NCBI RefSeq assembly: GCF_946479275.1
Contig: NZ_CAMLFE010000002.1
Location: 222,482 to 286,481, forward strand
Origin: an uncultured Bartonella sp.
Lineage (GTDB): Bacteria; Pseudomonadota; Alphaproteobacteria; Rhizobiales; Rhizobiaceae
Direction of reading: 5' to 3'
DNA length: 64,000 nt
The first letter of the stretch is position 1, and each line of letters starts with the position of its first letter. Of the stretch, positions 31,377 to 40,385 are shown piece by piece. The notes beneath the pieces were generated by a model. The model did not search any database. It was given only the letters and a program-made list of their open reading frames with translations, and had not been told where the DNA came from. The translations under genes were made by a program, and so were the position numbers.

Positions 31377-32041
31377 TGAAAGCCCTTTTCTTGCGCGATT
31401 TGCGTATTGCTTTTGGCCCAGGAAGTTCTTTGCTGACGGGGCTTCTGTTTTTTGCGGCAATTATCATCATAACTCCGTTTGCCGTCGGTCCCGATCAGGA
31501 AATTTTGTCCCGTATCGGACCAGGAATGCTCTGGATCGGAGCCTTGTTATCCATCCTTCTTGGACTGGACCGCATGTTCCAGACTGACCGCGATGACGGC
31601 AGCCTTGACCAACTCATCTTATCCCGACACAGAAAAAGTTTGAGCCTGATCGTTTTTACAAAATGTCTGGCTCATTGGTGTGGAACTATTTTGCCGCTCA
31701 TTCTTTTTACTCCTGTGCTAGGTTTGATGCTCGGTCTTGGTGGAACAGCAATAGGCGGTCTTATGCTCACACTTTTATGCGGAACACCTGCGATTACCCT
31801 GATTGGTGCGGTTGGTGCGGCGCTTGCAACCTCGCTACCGCGTGGCGGCGTATTGATATCCGTTATTGTTTTACCGCTTGCCGTACCGGTTATGATTTTT
31901 GGCGTGTCGGCAGCCTATGCAACCACCGCTCCGGGGATCTCGTTTATAAATCCGTTATTGTTTTTGATCGCACTGTCACTGTTTTTCTCGATCCTCGGTC
32001 CTTTGGCTGCGGCTTTGACACTTGCTTCATTATCGGACTAG
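31376..32041 (+). CDS. ccmB: Haem exporter permease CcmB
   Basis: 221-aa polytopic ORF, CcmB-like (FERDREDGSLDQL-type motif seen as FQTDRDDGSLDQL). There is a 1-nt overlap with the ccmA stop. Confidence 0.92.
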   Translation: MKALFLRDLRIAFGPGSSLLTGLLFFAAIIIITPFAVGPDQEILSRIGPGMLWIGALLSILLGLDRMFQTDRDDGSLDQLILSRHRKSLSLIVFTKCLAHWCGTILPLILFTPVLGLMLGLGGTAIGGLMLTLLCGTPAITLIGAVGAALATSLPRGGVLISVIVLPLAVPVMIFGVSAAYATTAPGISFINPLLFLIALSLFFSILGPLAAALTLASLSD

Positions 32042-32132
32042 ACATCACATCTTTGTCAGATTGGTGTCATATGTTGGTCTCTATGAAGAAAGATAATTGC
32101 GACAAAAACAAAACCCGATAATAAGGGACATC

Positions 32133-32903
32133 ATGGAATTGATACAAAAAACGACAAACTGGCTGCAATCATTAGCCAACCCGACACGTTTTATGGGGTT
32201 GAGCGGTATAATTTTGCCGTGGCTCAGCCTTGTTGCTGTTATTGTTCTCGCTTGTGGCCTTTTCATGGTCATGCGTTCGCCCGACGATTATCAGCAAGGC
32301 ATGACGGTGCGCATCATGTATCTTCATGTGCCTTTCGCATGGCTTTCCATGTGCTGTTACACTTTAATGAGCGTTTCGGCACTCGGAACTCTGGTCTGGC
32401 GCCATCCGCTTGCCGATGTATCACTCAAAAGTGCAGCTCCGATCGGTGCAACCTTTACCGCACTTGCCCTTATAACCGGCTCTCTTTGGGGGCGGCCAAC
32501 TTGGGGTACATGGTGGGAATGGGATGCAAGGCTTACATCTGTGCTTGTATTATTCTTGATTTATCTCGCTATCATTGCGCTTTCACGAGCCTTCGACGAC
32601 GCAACAAAAGGCGCAAAAGCTGCCGCTATCCTGACACTTGTCGGTTTTATCAATATACCGATTATCAAGTTTTCCGTCGAATGGTGGAACACACTTCATC
32701 AACCCGCCTCCATTCTTCGCAAAGGTGGCTCGGCTATTGATAGCGCCATGTTATGGCCGCTCTTTACCATGGCTATCGGTTTCACACTGGCATTTTTTGC
32801 CCTCTATCTTGCCAGAATGCGTACCGAGATTACCCGTCGGCGTGTGGAAACAATGCAAAGAATGGCTGCGCGGCGTCTGCGCCAGAAGGAAACTGTAAAA
32901 TGA
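32133..32903 (+). CDS. ccmC: Haem exporter/haem lyase component CcmC
   Basis: Contains IMYLHVPFAWL and the WWD-type tryptophan-rich motif WGTWWEWDARLTS. The ATG at 32133 is preceded by AAGGGA. Confidence 0.93.
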   Translation: MELIQKTTNWLQSLANPTRFMGLSGIILPWLSLVAVIVLACGLFMVMRSPDDYQQGMTVRIMYLHVPFAWLSMCCYTLMSVSALGTLVWRHPLADVSLKSAAPIGATFTALALITGSLWGRPTWGTWWEWDARLTSVLVLFLIYLAIIALSRAFDDATKGAKAAAILTLVGFINIPIIKFSVEWWNTLHQPASILRKGGSAIDSAMLWPLFTMAIGFTLAFFALYLARMRTEITRRRVETMQRMAARRLRQKETVK

Positions 32904-33115
32904 CCATTGAAAATACAACCGGTTTTTCCGATCGTATCGACATCTTTCTGGGGCAGTTCGACCATAGCCAGATTGTCACCTTGAGCTATATTGTCTCGGC
33001 TGCCATTCTTTTGCTGCTGGTTTTATATATTTTCCTTGATGGCCGTCGCCAAAAAAACCGGCTGCAAAAACTTGAACAATCAAACGCCATCCGTGCCAAC
33101 AAAATAAAATCGTGA
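32900..33115 (+). CDS. ccmD: Haem exporter small membrane protein CcmD
   Basis: 71 codons, from the ATG overlapping the ccmC stop (ATGA). It has a single TM segment VTLSYIVSAAILLLLVLYIF followed by basic residues. It occupies the canonical slot between ccmC and ccmG. Confidence 0.75.
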   Translation: MTIENTTGFSDRIDIFLGQFDHSQIVTLSYIVSAAILLLLVLYIFLDGRRQKNRLQKLEQSNAIRANKIKS

Positions 33116-33741
33116 CGATCATGGACGCGCCGAAAAGAAAAATGAGTGTTCCGGTGATGATTGCCCTTTTCGGGCCATTCATCCTGTTTGTTGTTCTGGT
33201 TGTCATCATGTTCAGCCATATGGAAACAACCAATCCCGACACGGCCAATCTTGTTCCCAATGCACTTGCCGGCAAGCCCGCACCTCGGACAATCCTTCCC
33301 CTTCTTGGTCAAAACGGCTCCTTCAACCCTGAAGATTTCAGGGGGCGCGTTACGCTTGTCAATTTCTGGGGGTCCTGGTGTCCGCCCTGCCGTGACGAAC
33401 ATCCCACCCTTATCGAAATTTCAAAAGACAAACGCTTTGACCTTGTCGGCATCAATTATAAAGATAGAGAAGAAAACGCGATACGCTTTCTTGATAATTT
33501 CGGAAGCCCTTTCAAGCTTGTCGGCTTTGACCCGAGCGGCCGCGCAGCGATTGATTGGGGGGTTTACGGCCCACCGGAAACTTTTCTTTTAAACCGTGGA
33601 GGCATTATTGTTTATAAACATATCGGGCCGTTAACGCCACAAATCTATAAAGATGAGACCTTGCCACAAATCGAGAAAGCCTTGAGCAGCAACAGTTCGT
33701 CGAGCAAGAATACTTCGTCGTCCGATAATTCTGCATACTGA
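33112..33741 (+). CDS. ccmG: Periplasmic thiol:disulfide oxidoreductase CcmG/DsbE
   Basis: 209-aa ORF with an N-terminal TM anchor, the thioredoxin motif NFWGSWCPPCRDEHP and GVYGPPETFL. Alternative starts exist at 33121 and 33142. Confidence 0.9.
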   Translation: MTIMDAPKRKMSVPVMIALFGPFILFVVLVVIMFSHMETTNPDTANLVPNALAGKPAPRTILPLLGQNGSFNPEDFRGRVTLVNFWGSWCPPCRDEHPTLIEISKDKRFDLVGINYKDREENAIRFLDNFGSPFKLVGFDPSGRAAIDWGVYGPPETFLLNRGGIIVYKHIGPLTPQIYKDETLPQIEKALSSNSSSSKNTSSSDNSAY

Positions 33742-33955
33742 TGTTACCCTTACGGTGAAAAAAAGCTTCATCAACGGCAAGACATCAATGCGATCATATT
33801 GGCCATTGCGCTTGCAAATTGGTCTTTTTTTAATCCAATTAATATGCCCGAAAACAGAGCAAATTATTTTCGAAAAAACGCATATCCTTTTTCAAGAAGT
33901 TGATTGACGCGCATTTACGCTCGCTAACGAAATAAAAACAATCCCGATGAAATAC

Positions 33956-33983
33956 AAAAACCGGCAACACATTGCCGGTTTTG
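33956..33983 (-). terminator. Intrinsic terminator (bidirectional shape) after the RimK-like gene
   Basis: AACCGGCAA-CACA-TTGCCGGTT flanked by A-runs and T-runs. It lies 20 nt downstream of the stop at 34003 on the minus strand. Confidence 0.65.
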
Positions 33984-34002
33984 CCTCGTCAGGTTTTTCA
34001 AA

Positions 34003-35478
34003 TCAACGCTCGAGACGCTCGATAAACCAGCGTGTCAGATTGATCCAGACATCGTCTTTTTCCGCCAGATCCTCGACCCCGTGTTCGATATTGGGGTTGT
34101 CGTTGACTTCAATAACCACAATACCTTCATCGGTTTCTTTAATATCAACGCCGTAAAGGCCATCGCCAATGCAACGCGCCGCCTTCAAACCGATCTCGAC
34201 AACTGCCGGCGGTGCATCCGGAATAGAATAGGTTTTAAAACCACCTTCCAGTGGTTCACCACCATTCGGATCATGTTTGATGATTTGCCAATGATGGGGC
34301 GCCATTTCATACTGGCAGACAAAAAGCGGTTTGCCACCCAATACACCGACACGCCAATCGAACTTGGTCGGCAAATATTTTTGCGCCAGCAAAAGATCAC
34401 TGTCTTTGAGCCACTCATGGGCAAGGCGGCGCAATTCTTCCATTGAGCCAACGCGTTTCACCCCGCGTGAAAATGATGAATCCGGAATTTTCAACACCAT
34501 TGGAAAACCGAGAGTATCTGCCGCTCTTACCAGATCATCATTGCCGCCTATCATCACCGTAGGGGGAACCGGTACACCATTCGCGCGCATCAACTCGTCA
34601 AGATAGACTTTGTTCGTACACCGGATCATCGACATTGGGTCGTCGATAACCGGCATATTTTCCTGTTCCGCGCGACGTGCAAAACGATAGGTGTGGTTGG
34701 ATATATTGGTTGTTTCACGAATAAACAGCGCATCGAAATTGGCAAGACGTGCAAGATCTCTTGCCCCGATTGGTTCGACCTCCACACCAAGGCGAGCCGC
34801 AATTTTTGCCCAATGCTTCAAATCGGCAACATTGGTTGGCGGCAACTCTTCTTCCGGATTGCATAAAACTGCAAATGTCCAGCGTGGCGGCACTTTGTGA
34901 CGGGCTTCTTTCCAGGCTCGTGTCGTATAAGTTTCCATAGCCTCATAGAAAGCGTCGCGACTTTCACCTTCAAGCTTTTGCCAATTGGCGAAACCTATTT
35001 TGTGAATACGCGCCCATTCGCCCGGAATAACATGGACTTCCAATGCCGGAGCCCGATACCAGTCAAACAAAAGGTGACCGAATTTTTCAAAGCGGTCACC
35101 TTTTATATCATTTGAGCTATCTGTAATTCCAAAAAATACCCTGATAATTTCCGGTGCGCGTGTACCGTCTCCTTTCAGGGCCTTGTTGAGACAATCTTCA
35201 AGCTCGGGAATAGATTTTTTATAAAGTCGGCGTTCCGACAGATCGATCATGGTTTCCACTGAAGGTAACACACGATGGCCGCGGGCTTCGGCAAGAAGCG
35301 AACAGTAATAGGCGCGGCTTTGATAACGGTAGGAACGTGACAGGTTGATAATGCGAGGACGCTGACCGGCAAATAATGCAGGATTAGCCAAATAGTCGCG
35401 ATGTGTCATGACTTTGTGCGTGGTCGCACCATTATCTACGTCAGACACTCGTCCAGCAAGAATTACACAAATAGTCAT
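34003..35478 (-). CDS. RimK-family ATP-grasp amidoligase with about 190-aa N-terminal extension (RLAN-like)
   Basis: 491-aa ORF. The C-terminal roughly 290 aa look like an ATP-grasp of the RimK type (FPMVLKIPDSSFSRGV..., LLAQKYLPTKFDWRVGVLGGKPL, GLYGVDIKETDEGIVVIEVNDNP). The N-terminal part (RIINLSRSYRYQSRAYYCSLLAEARGHRVLPS) matches my recollection of the RimK-like ATP-grasp N-terminal domain. Confidence 0.82.
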   Translation of the reverse strand: MTICVILAGRVSDVDNGATTHKVMTHRDYLANPALFAGQRPRIINLSRSYRYQSRAYYCSLLAEARGHRVLPSVETMIDLSERRLYKKSIPELEDCLNKALKGDGTRAPEIIRVFFGITDSSNDIKGDRFEKFGHLLFDWYRAPALEVHVIPGEWARIHKIGFANWQKLEGESRDAFYEAMETYTTRAWKEARHKVPPRWTFAVLCNPEEELPPTNVADLKHWAKIAARLGVEVEPIGARDLARLANFDALFIRETTNISNHTYRFARRAEQENMPVIDDPMSMIRCTNKVYLDELMRANGVPVPPTVMIGGNDDLVRAADTLGFPMVLKIPDSSFSRGVKRVGSMEELRRLAHEWLKDSDLLLAQKYLPTKFDWRVGVLGGKPLFVCQYEMAPHHWQIIKHDPNGGEPLEGGFKTYSIPDAPPAVVEIGLKAARCIGDGLYGVDIKETDEGIVVIEVNDNPNIEHGVEDLAEKDDVWINLTRWFIERLER

Positions 35479-35484
35479 AGGTAA

Positions 35485-36585
35485 CTAGCTTTTCTCCAAT
35501 ATGACGGCCGCGCGCAGACCGTCTTTTCCAAAGCGCGCAATATGATCGAACACTTTATAATTCAAAGGCAAGTTTGCAGAATCGGCAATTGTCTCGCCTT
35601 CATCTTCCTCCACCCATGGATCGTGGATAAGGATATGGCTTCCGTCATCACCATGAACCAGTACCCAATGGGGAATTTTTTCACCAAACATATGGTAGAA
35701 ACTGATAAGCACAAGAACCAGAGCACCGCGCGCGAGGGCTGCGCGGATGTCATCCAATGTAAATGCAGCAATCCGCACCGGAATATGGGCAGCATCAGCC
35801 TGCTCGCGAAAATCTGTCTGGGCAACTTCCATAATTTCGCGTTTCTTGGGATCGCGCACCGAATTGATAAATAGAAACTCGTAGCTTGTGACGATGATTT
35901 CGGCTTTCAAGCCATAATTATGGGCAAGAACGGCAAGGCCGAAAGGTTCGCATCCGCCCGGTCCCGAAAGCATGAACACAGTAGTGGCGCCCCGCCACAG
36001 TCTAAGTTCGAACACAGGATCAAGGCGGGACTGGGGATTGAAATATTTGAGTGCCATCATCAGGCAGGCAGCACCACAGGTAAATTCCGAAGTCTGCTGA
36101 TAATAGGGCACAGATGTTTCAACCGGTGTGTCTCCACGCAAGGTTTTTTCGTAACGCAACGCCGGTGTATGATCGGCATAATAATCGAGGTAACGACCGA
36201 TCGGGCGGTAACGGAAGCGTTCGTAAAGCTTGATTGCCCGCTCATTGTCTTCGCGAACTTCGAGCCGCATATAAACGCGCCCTTCATCAAAAGCTGCTTG
36301 TTCTGCCGCTTCCAATAGCCCGGAACCGACACCTTTTATTTTGCCACCCGGTTTGACAGCGAGTGAATAGAGCCGTGCAAGTGCCGTGCCTTTACGAAAC
36401 AAAATCATTGCATAGCCGATAATTGTACCATCAAGCTCGGCAACAATTGTTCGGGCTGTCGGCCGATCTATCAATGTGCGAAAGGAGCGACGGGAAATCC
36501 TGTCACTGTCAAAGCAAGCTTCTTCAATCGCAACCAATGAATCTATGTCATCAATTGTCGCTCGCCGTTTTATCAAATTACCCAT
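35485..36585 (-). CDS. GNAT acetyltransferase fused to a papain/C39-like cysteine peptidase domain
   Basis: 366-aa ORF. The N-terminal about 150 aa are GNAT (LYSLAVKPGGKIKGVGSGLLEAAE..., RLEVREDNERAIKLYERFRY). The C-terminal about 200 aa carry a Cys motif QQTSEFTCGAACLMMAL and a His/Asp motif IPHWVLVHGDDGSHILIHDPW, typical of C39-like thiol peptidases. The stop is 6 nt before the RimK-like ATG. Confidence 0.8.
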   Translation of the reverse strand: MGNLIKRRATIDDIDSLVAIEEACFDSDRISRRSFRTLIDRPTARTIVAELDGTIIGYAMILFRKGTALARLYSLAVKPGGKIKGVGSGLLEAAEQAAFDEGRVYMRLEVREDNERAIKLYERFRYRPIGRYLDYYADHTPALRYEKTLRGDTPVETSVPYYQQTSEFTCGAACLMMALKYFNPQSRLDPVFELRLWRGATTVFMLSGPGGCEPFGLAVLAHNYGLKAEIIVTSYEFLFINSVRDPKKREIMEVAQTDFREQADAAHIPVRIAAFTLDDIRAALARGALVLVLISFYHMFGEKIPHWVLVHGDDGSHILIHDPWVEEDEGETIADSANLPLNYKVFDHIARFGKDGLRAAVILEKS

Positions 36586-36879
36586 TCACCTGCTCTCAAT
36601 TTTTGAACGCCTTTCAACATTTCAGACGTAACACAGTCCATATAAGGGTTTTTTTACGCATGAATAGGCCATATTTCAGCTTTTTCAAGAAAACAGTCAA
36701 AGCTATCCCATGCTTTTTATAAATGGATAGCAAAACATCTTTATCTTCTCTTGAAATCACGCCGTTAACCATGTAAAAACCTTAAATATATGAAAACACT
36801 ATGTTTTCAATTTTAACCATAATTCAAATCTTAACGCGGTGTTGCATTCCTGTCATTGACTAGGAACCAAAGTTGGACT

Positions 36880-36895
36880 TTAACCTTTTGTTAAC
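36880..36895 (+). promoter_or_regulatory. Full CtrA-box consensus TTAA-N7-TTAAC
   Basis: The sequence reads TTAACCTTTTGTTAAC. It ends 35 nt upstream of the BTLCP ATG. Confidence 0.35.
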
Positions 36896-36930
36896 GATCT
36901 TTATCGTGACAGGTTAAATCGAGTACAAAA

Positions 36931-37542
36931 ATGGTGTTTGCGTTCAGAATATTGGGAGTGGCGATTTTAGCAGTTGTCGGCATGACAACGGCAGCTAAAG
37001 CGGCAAGCGAATTTATGACCGTCAACGGCCAGACATCCCAGCCTATCGGACATTATGAATTTTGTGAACGCCTGCCCCATGAATGCAAAATCCGCAACAG
37101 TGTACTCCAGCCTGTCAAATTGACACAAAGCGTCTGGGATATGATGCTTGATGTCAACCACAGTGTTAATGCACGCATTACTCCCGCGACAGACATGGAA
37201 CTTTACGGCAAGGAAGAATATTGGACCTATCCGGTAAATGCCGGCGACTGCGAAGACTATGTTCTGGAAAAGCAGAAAGAATTGCGCGACAAAGGCATTC
37301 CTCTTGCAAGTTTGCTGATTACAGTTGTCCGCAAGCCCGATGGCGAAGGTCATGCGGTTTTAACCGTCCGCACCGATCGTGGCGACTTTATACTTGATAA
37401 TTTGCGCGACGAAGTGTTCAATTGGAAAGATACGGAATATACATATCTTAAACGTCAATCGACGCAATCTCCCGGAAAATGGGTAAGTATCGAACAACGT
37501 GACGATATTGTTGTGAGCTCGGTTAACAATACCGGAAACTGA
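36931..37542 (+). CDS. Secreted bacterial transglutaminase-like cysteine peptidase (BTLCP / LapG-type family)
   Basis: 203-aa ORF with the signal peptide MVFAFRILGVAILAVVGMTTAAKA and the catalytic-triad context GDCEDYVLEK...GHAVLTVRTDRGDFILDN (Cys-His-Asp). Confidence 0.8.
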   Translation: MVFAFRILGVAILAVVGMTTAAKAASEFMTVNGQTSQPIGHYEFCERLPHECKIRNSVLQPVKLTQSVWDMMLDVNHSVNARITPATDMELYGKEEYWTYPVNAGDCEDYVLEKQKELRDKGIPLASLLITVVRKPDGEGHAVLTVRTDRGDFILDNLRDEVFNWKDTEYTYLKRQSTQSPGKWVSIEQRDDIVVSSVNNTGN

Positions 37543-37985
37543 AAAACGCTTCACGCCCGCTTCAAATATTGATAGTTGAACTTTCTCTTGTCTGAGAAGC
37601 TGTCTTCAGTGCCTTTTGCGGCTGAAACCGGGCTATAATTAATTAACTCGCTTCTGCTATATTTCTTTCCACCCGCCACTACAGAACGATCTTGTCCGGT
37701 CCTATGTCACAAGTTTGCCAGATAAAACAGAACGCCCGACAAGTTGAAACTCTTACTTCATAGAAAAATCAGTATCTATTTTGACTGGGATAATATTTCA
37801 TTGCCATCAATTGGCCGTAAACATTGATCCGTTGGTGTGAAGTTTAAGGCAACACTGATTTTCTCGGAAAATTTCATAAGCAACAGGTCAAAGCTCCTTA
37901 AGCCCCGCTCGGCAGGTTCAAAGCGAGTCAGGCAGACTTTAGCCGGTTTGCCCTCTCAAAACCGGCTGAAGACAAAAACCAATAA

Positions 37986-39092
37986 TCAGAAAGGTTTCCC
38001 TTCTATAAAGAGTTGTTCCAAACGCTTCATATCGCCGGAAATATCAAAACCTTTTTTAGCAAGCCACTGATCGTCAAGATAAGTCGAACGATAGCGCTCA
38101 CCACTGTCGCAAATCAATGTTACGAGCGAGCCACGCTGATGATTTTTAATCATATCGGAAATAAGCTCTGCGGCTGCAAAGACATTGGTACCAGTTGATC
38201 CGCCACAGCTGCGACCGATGAGACGACTTATCACACGCATGGCTGCAAGACTTGCCTGATCGGGGACCGAAATCATGCGGTCTATCACATCCGGCATAAA
38301 AGACGGCTCGACACGTGCGCGCCCGATACCTTCAATAACCGATCGACATGACTCTATTTCCTTTATCGACCGGTCGGCATAGTGGAGATGGAAGACGGAA
38401 GCTTCCGGATCGGCCACACAAAGTCTGGTAGAATATTTGCGATATCTGATATACCGCCCCAATGTTGCCGATGTTCCACCGGTTCCGGCACTTGCAATAA
38501 TCCAGTTCGGAACAGGATATGGTTCTTTGGCCATCTGGCAAAAAATTGAATCGGCAATATTGTTGTTGCCACGCCAATCGGTTGCCCGTTCGGCAAAAGT
38601 GAACTGGTCGATATAATAGCCTCGCAATTCATCCGCGAGGTTTTCAGCTGTTACATAAACCGATTTCGGATCGTCGATAAAATGGACGCTGCCTCCATAG
38701 GCTTCAATAGCTGCGACTTTTTGTGGTGAGGTCGTCCGTGGAATAACTGTCACAAAAGGGACACCGATCAATTTGGCAAAATACGCCTCCGACACTGCTG
38801 TCGAACCACTGGAAGCTTCGACAATAGTTGTCTTGGGCCCAATTTTTCCATTGCAAAGAGAATAGAGGAAAAGCGAACGCGCCAAACGATGTTTCAAACT
38901 GCCGGTCGGATGACAGGATTCATCTTTCAAATAGAGCGTTATCCCGCATGAAGCGGGCAAATCATAACGGATGAGATGCGTGTCTGCCGAGCGGTTTATT
39001 TCCGCTTCAATAATTTCTATTGCTTTTTTTAGCCATTCCCGACTGCAAGAATGCGGCGCGTCATAGCTTACAGATAAATCAACTTTATTCAC
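37986..39092 (-). CDS. PLP-dependent enzyme of the cysteine synthase/tryptophan-synthase-beta fold family
   Basis: 368-aa ORF with a PLP-lysine region DESCHPTGSLKHRLARS, nucleotide-like loops EASSGSTAVSEAYF and ASAGTGGTSATLGRY. The exact activity cannot be assigned by eye. Confidence 0.75.
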   Translation of the reverse strand: MNKVDLSVSYDAPHSCSREWLKKAIEIIEAEINRSADTHLIRYDLPASCGITLYLKDESCHPTGSLKHRLARSLFLYSLCNGKIGPKTTIVEASSGSTAVSEAYFAKLIGVPFVTVIPRTTSPQKVAAIEAYGGSVHFIDDPKSVYVTAENLADELRGYYIDQFTFAERATDWRGNNNIADSIFCQMAKEPYPVPNWIIASAGTGGTSATLGRYIRYRKYSTRLCVADPEASVFHLHYADRSIKEIESCRSVIEGIGRARVEPSFMPDVIDRMISVPDQASLAAMRVISRLIGRSCGGSTGTNVFAAAELISDMIKNHQRGSLVTLICDSGERYRSTYLDDQWLAKKGFDISGDMKRLEQLFIEGKPF

Positions 39093-39169
39093 TTCAAATC
39101 TTCCTTCTGGAAAGACCTGAAATTATAAAATCGATTATTAAATTTGAAGAAAATACAGTTCATATTTTC

Positions 39170-39209
39170 TAATAAATAAAATAACCTTGGAATAAACATT
39201 CCAAGGTTA
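39170..39209 (-). terminator. Intrinsic terminator of gcrA
   Basis: An 11-bp perfect stem TAACCTTGGAA/TTCCAAGGTTA with a 6-nt loop. A U-rich tract follows on the minus-strand RNA. Confidence 0.65.
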
Positions 39210-39248
39210 TGATGTTTACTAGAATATTATGCTCTTCTATACCAACGA

Positions 39249-39812
39249 TCAGGCTCTTACGCGACGACGTTCCGAAACCGGTTGAAAAGCAAGTTTTGCG
39301 TGAAAAGCACAATAAGGGCCAGAGTCACCGGCATCGGCACCACAAAAATAGAAATCATCCGATAACGGGTCGCCAATTGGCCATTTGCATGTATTCTCGC
39401 TTAACTGCAACAGGCTCAAATGCCGTGACATCGGAACAACAACATCGGTTGATGGCTGTTCTTCCGCTTCCGAGACAGCATCGGCAACAAAATCCAGTTT
39501 CAAAGCTGTAGCACCAATGCTTGAAGGCTGCGGCTTTGCTGCAGCTGCAACAGCGGCGGCGACCGGCTGAACCGGCGTTGTACGCGTTGCGCGCGGTGCC
39601 TGTGGGGCGGGATTAACAACGGTTTCTGCAGGTTTTTTCGTGCGCGGAGTCGTCTTTGTTGTTTTACCGCGCCCTGACAATTTCAATCGATGAACCTTGC
39701 CGATGACGGCATTACGGCTAACTCCGCCAAGCTGGGCAGCAATCTGGCTGGCACTCAACCCGTCACTCCAAAGCTTTTTCAAAAGTTCAACACGTTCATC
39801 TGTCCAGTTCAT
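39249..39812 (-). CDS. gcrA: Cell-cycle transcriptional regulator GcrA
   Basis: MNWTDERVELLKKLWSDGLSASQIAAQLGGVSRNAVIGKVHRLKL plus the C-terminal CKWPIGDP...FCG...YCAFH signature. The ATG at 39810-39812 is preceded by GGAG. The ORF-track start adds 12 residues. Confidence 0.9.
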   Translation of the reverse strand: MNWTDERVELLKKLWSDGLSASQIAAQLGGVSRNAVIGKVHRLKLSGRGKTTKTTPRTKKPAETVVNPAPQAPRATRTTPVQPVAAAVAAAAKPQPSSIGATALKLDFVADAVSEAEEQPSTDVVVPMSRHLSLLQLSENTCKWPIGDPLSDDFYFCGADAGDSGPYCAFHAKLAFQPVSERRRVRA

Positions 39813-40385
39813 ACCGGCACTCCGTTCCTTATTTTCTATCATTGCCACATATCAGATAAGCGGCATGACAATTAACTTTATCATCTCTTTTATTGCCGGA
39901 ATCCATCCCTGCGCTAAGAAGCGCAAAGCAGTCATACTTGTTATGATAATTATCCGGCAGAACCAAAAATGTTCCAGTTTTACGCTAAGTACTACTATAC
40001 GCTTTGACTCTATGACAAGGGTCTACACGATCTTATATAGGTGTTTTGAGACGTTTTCCCCAACTTGCGAATCACTTTTTTTGGAAAATTCGAAAATTGC
40101 TCGTGAAAAATGTGATTTTTGCAAGATATTTTTTAAATATGGTCTTTCAAAGGCATCAATTGACTTTTTCCCTGACAGGCAGGATAGTGAAAATGGATGG
40201 ATTTTAGCAGCGTCGTGGCAAAAAACGGCGCTGTTGATGTTTTATCTTTGATAAAAACTGTTTTTCAAAAAACCTAACGTTTCATTCAGAAAAACAGCGA
40301 TAATATTGTCCCTGTGATGACAGCCAGCCGGACTGTCGAGCTTTTGTCACAGAGTAAAATTGACGATTGAGTAGGAGACCAGGCA

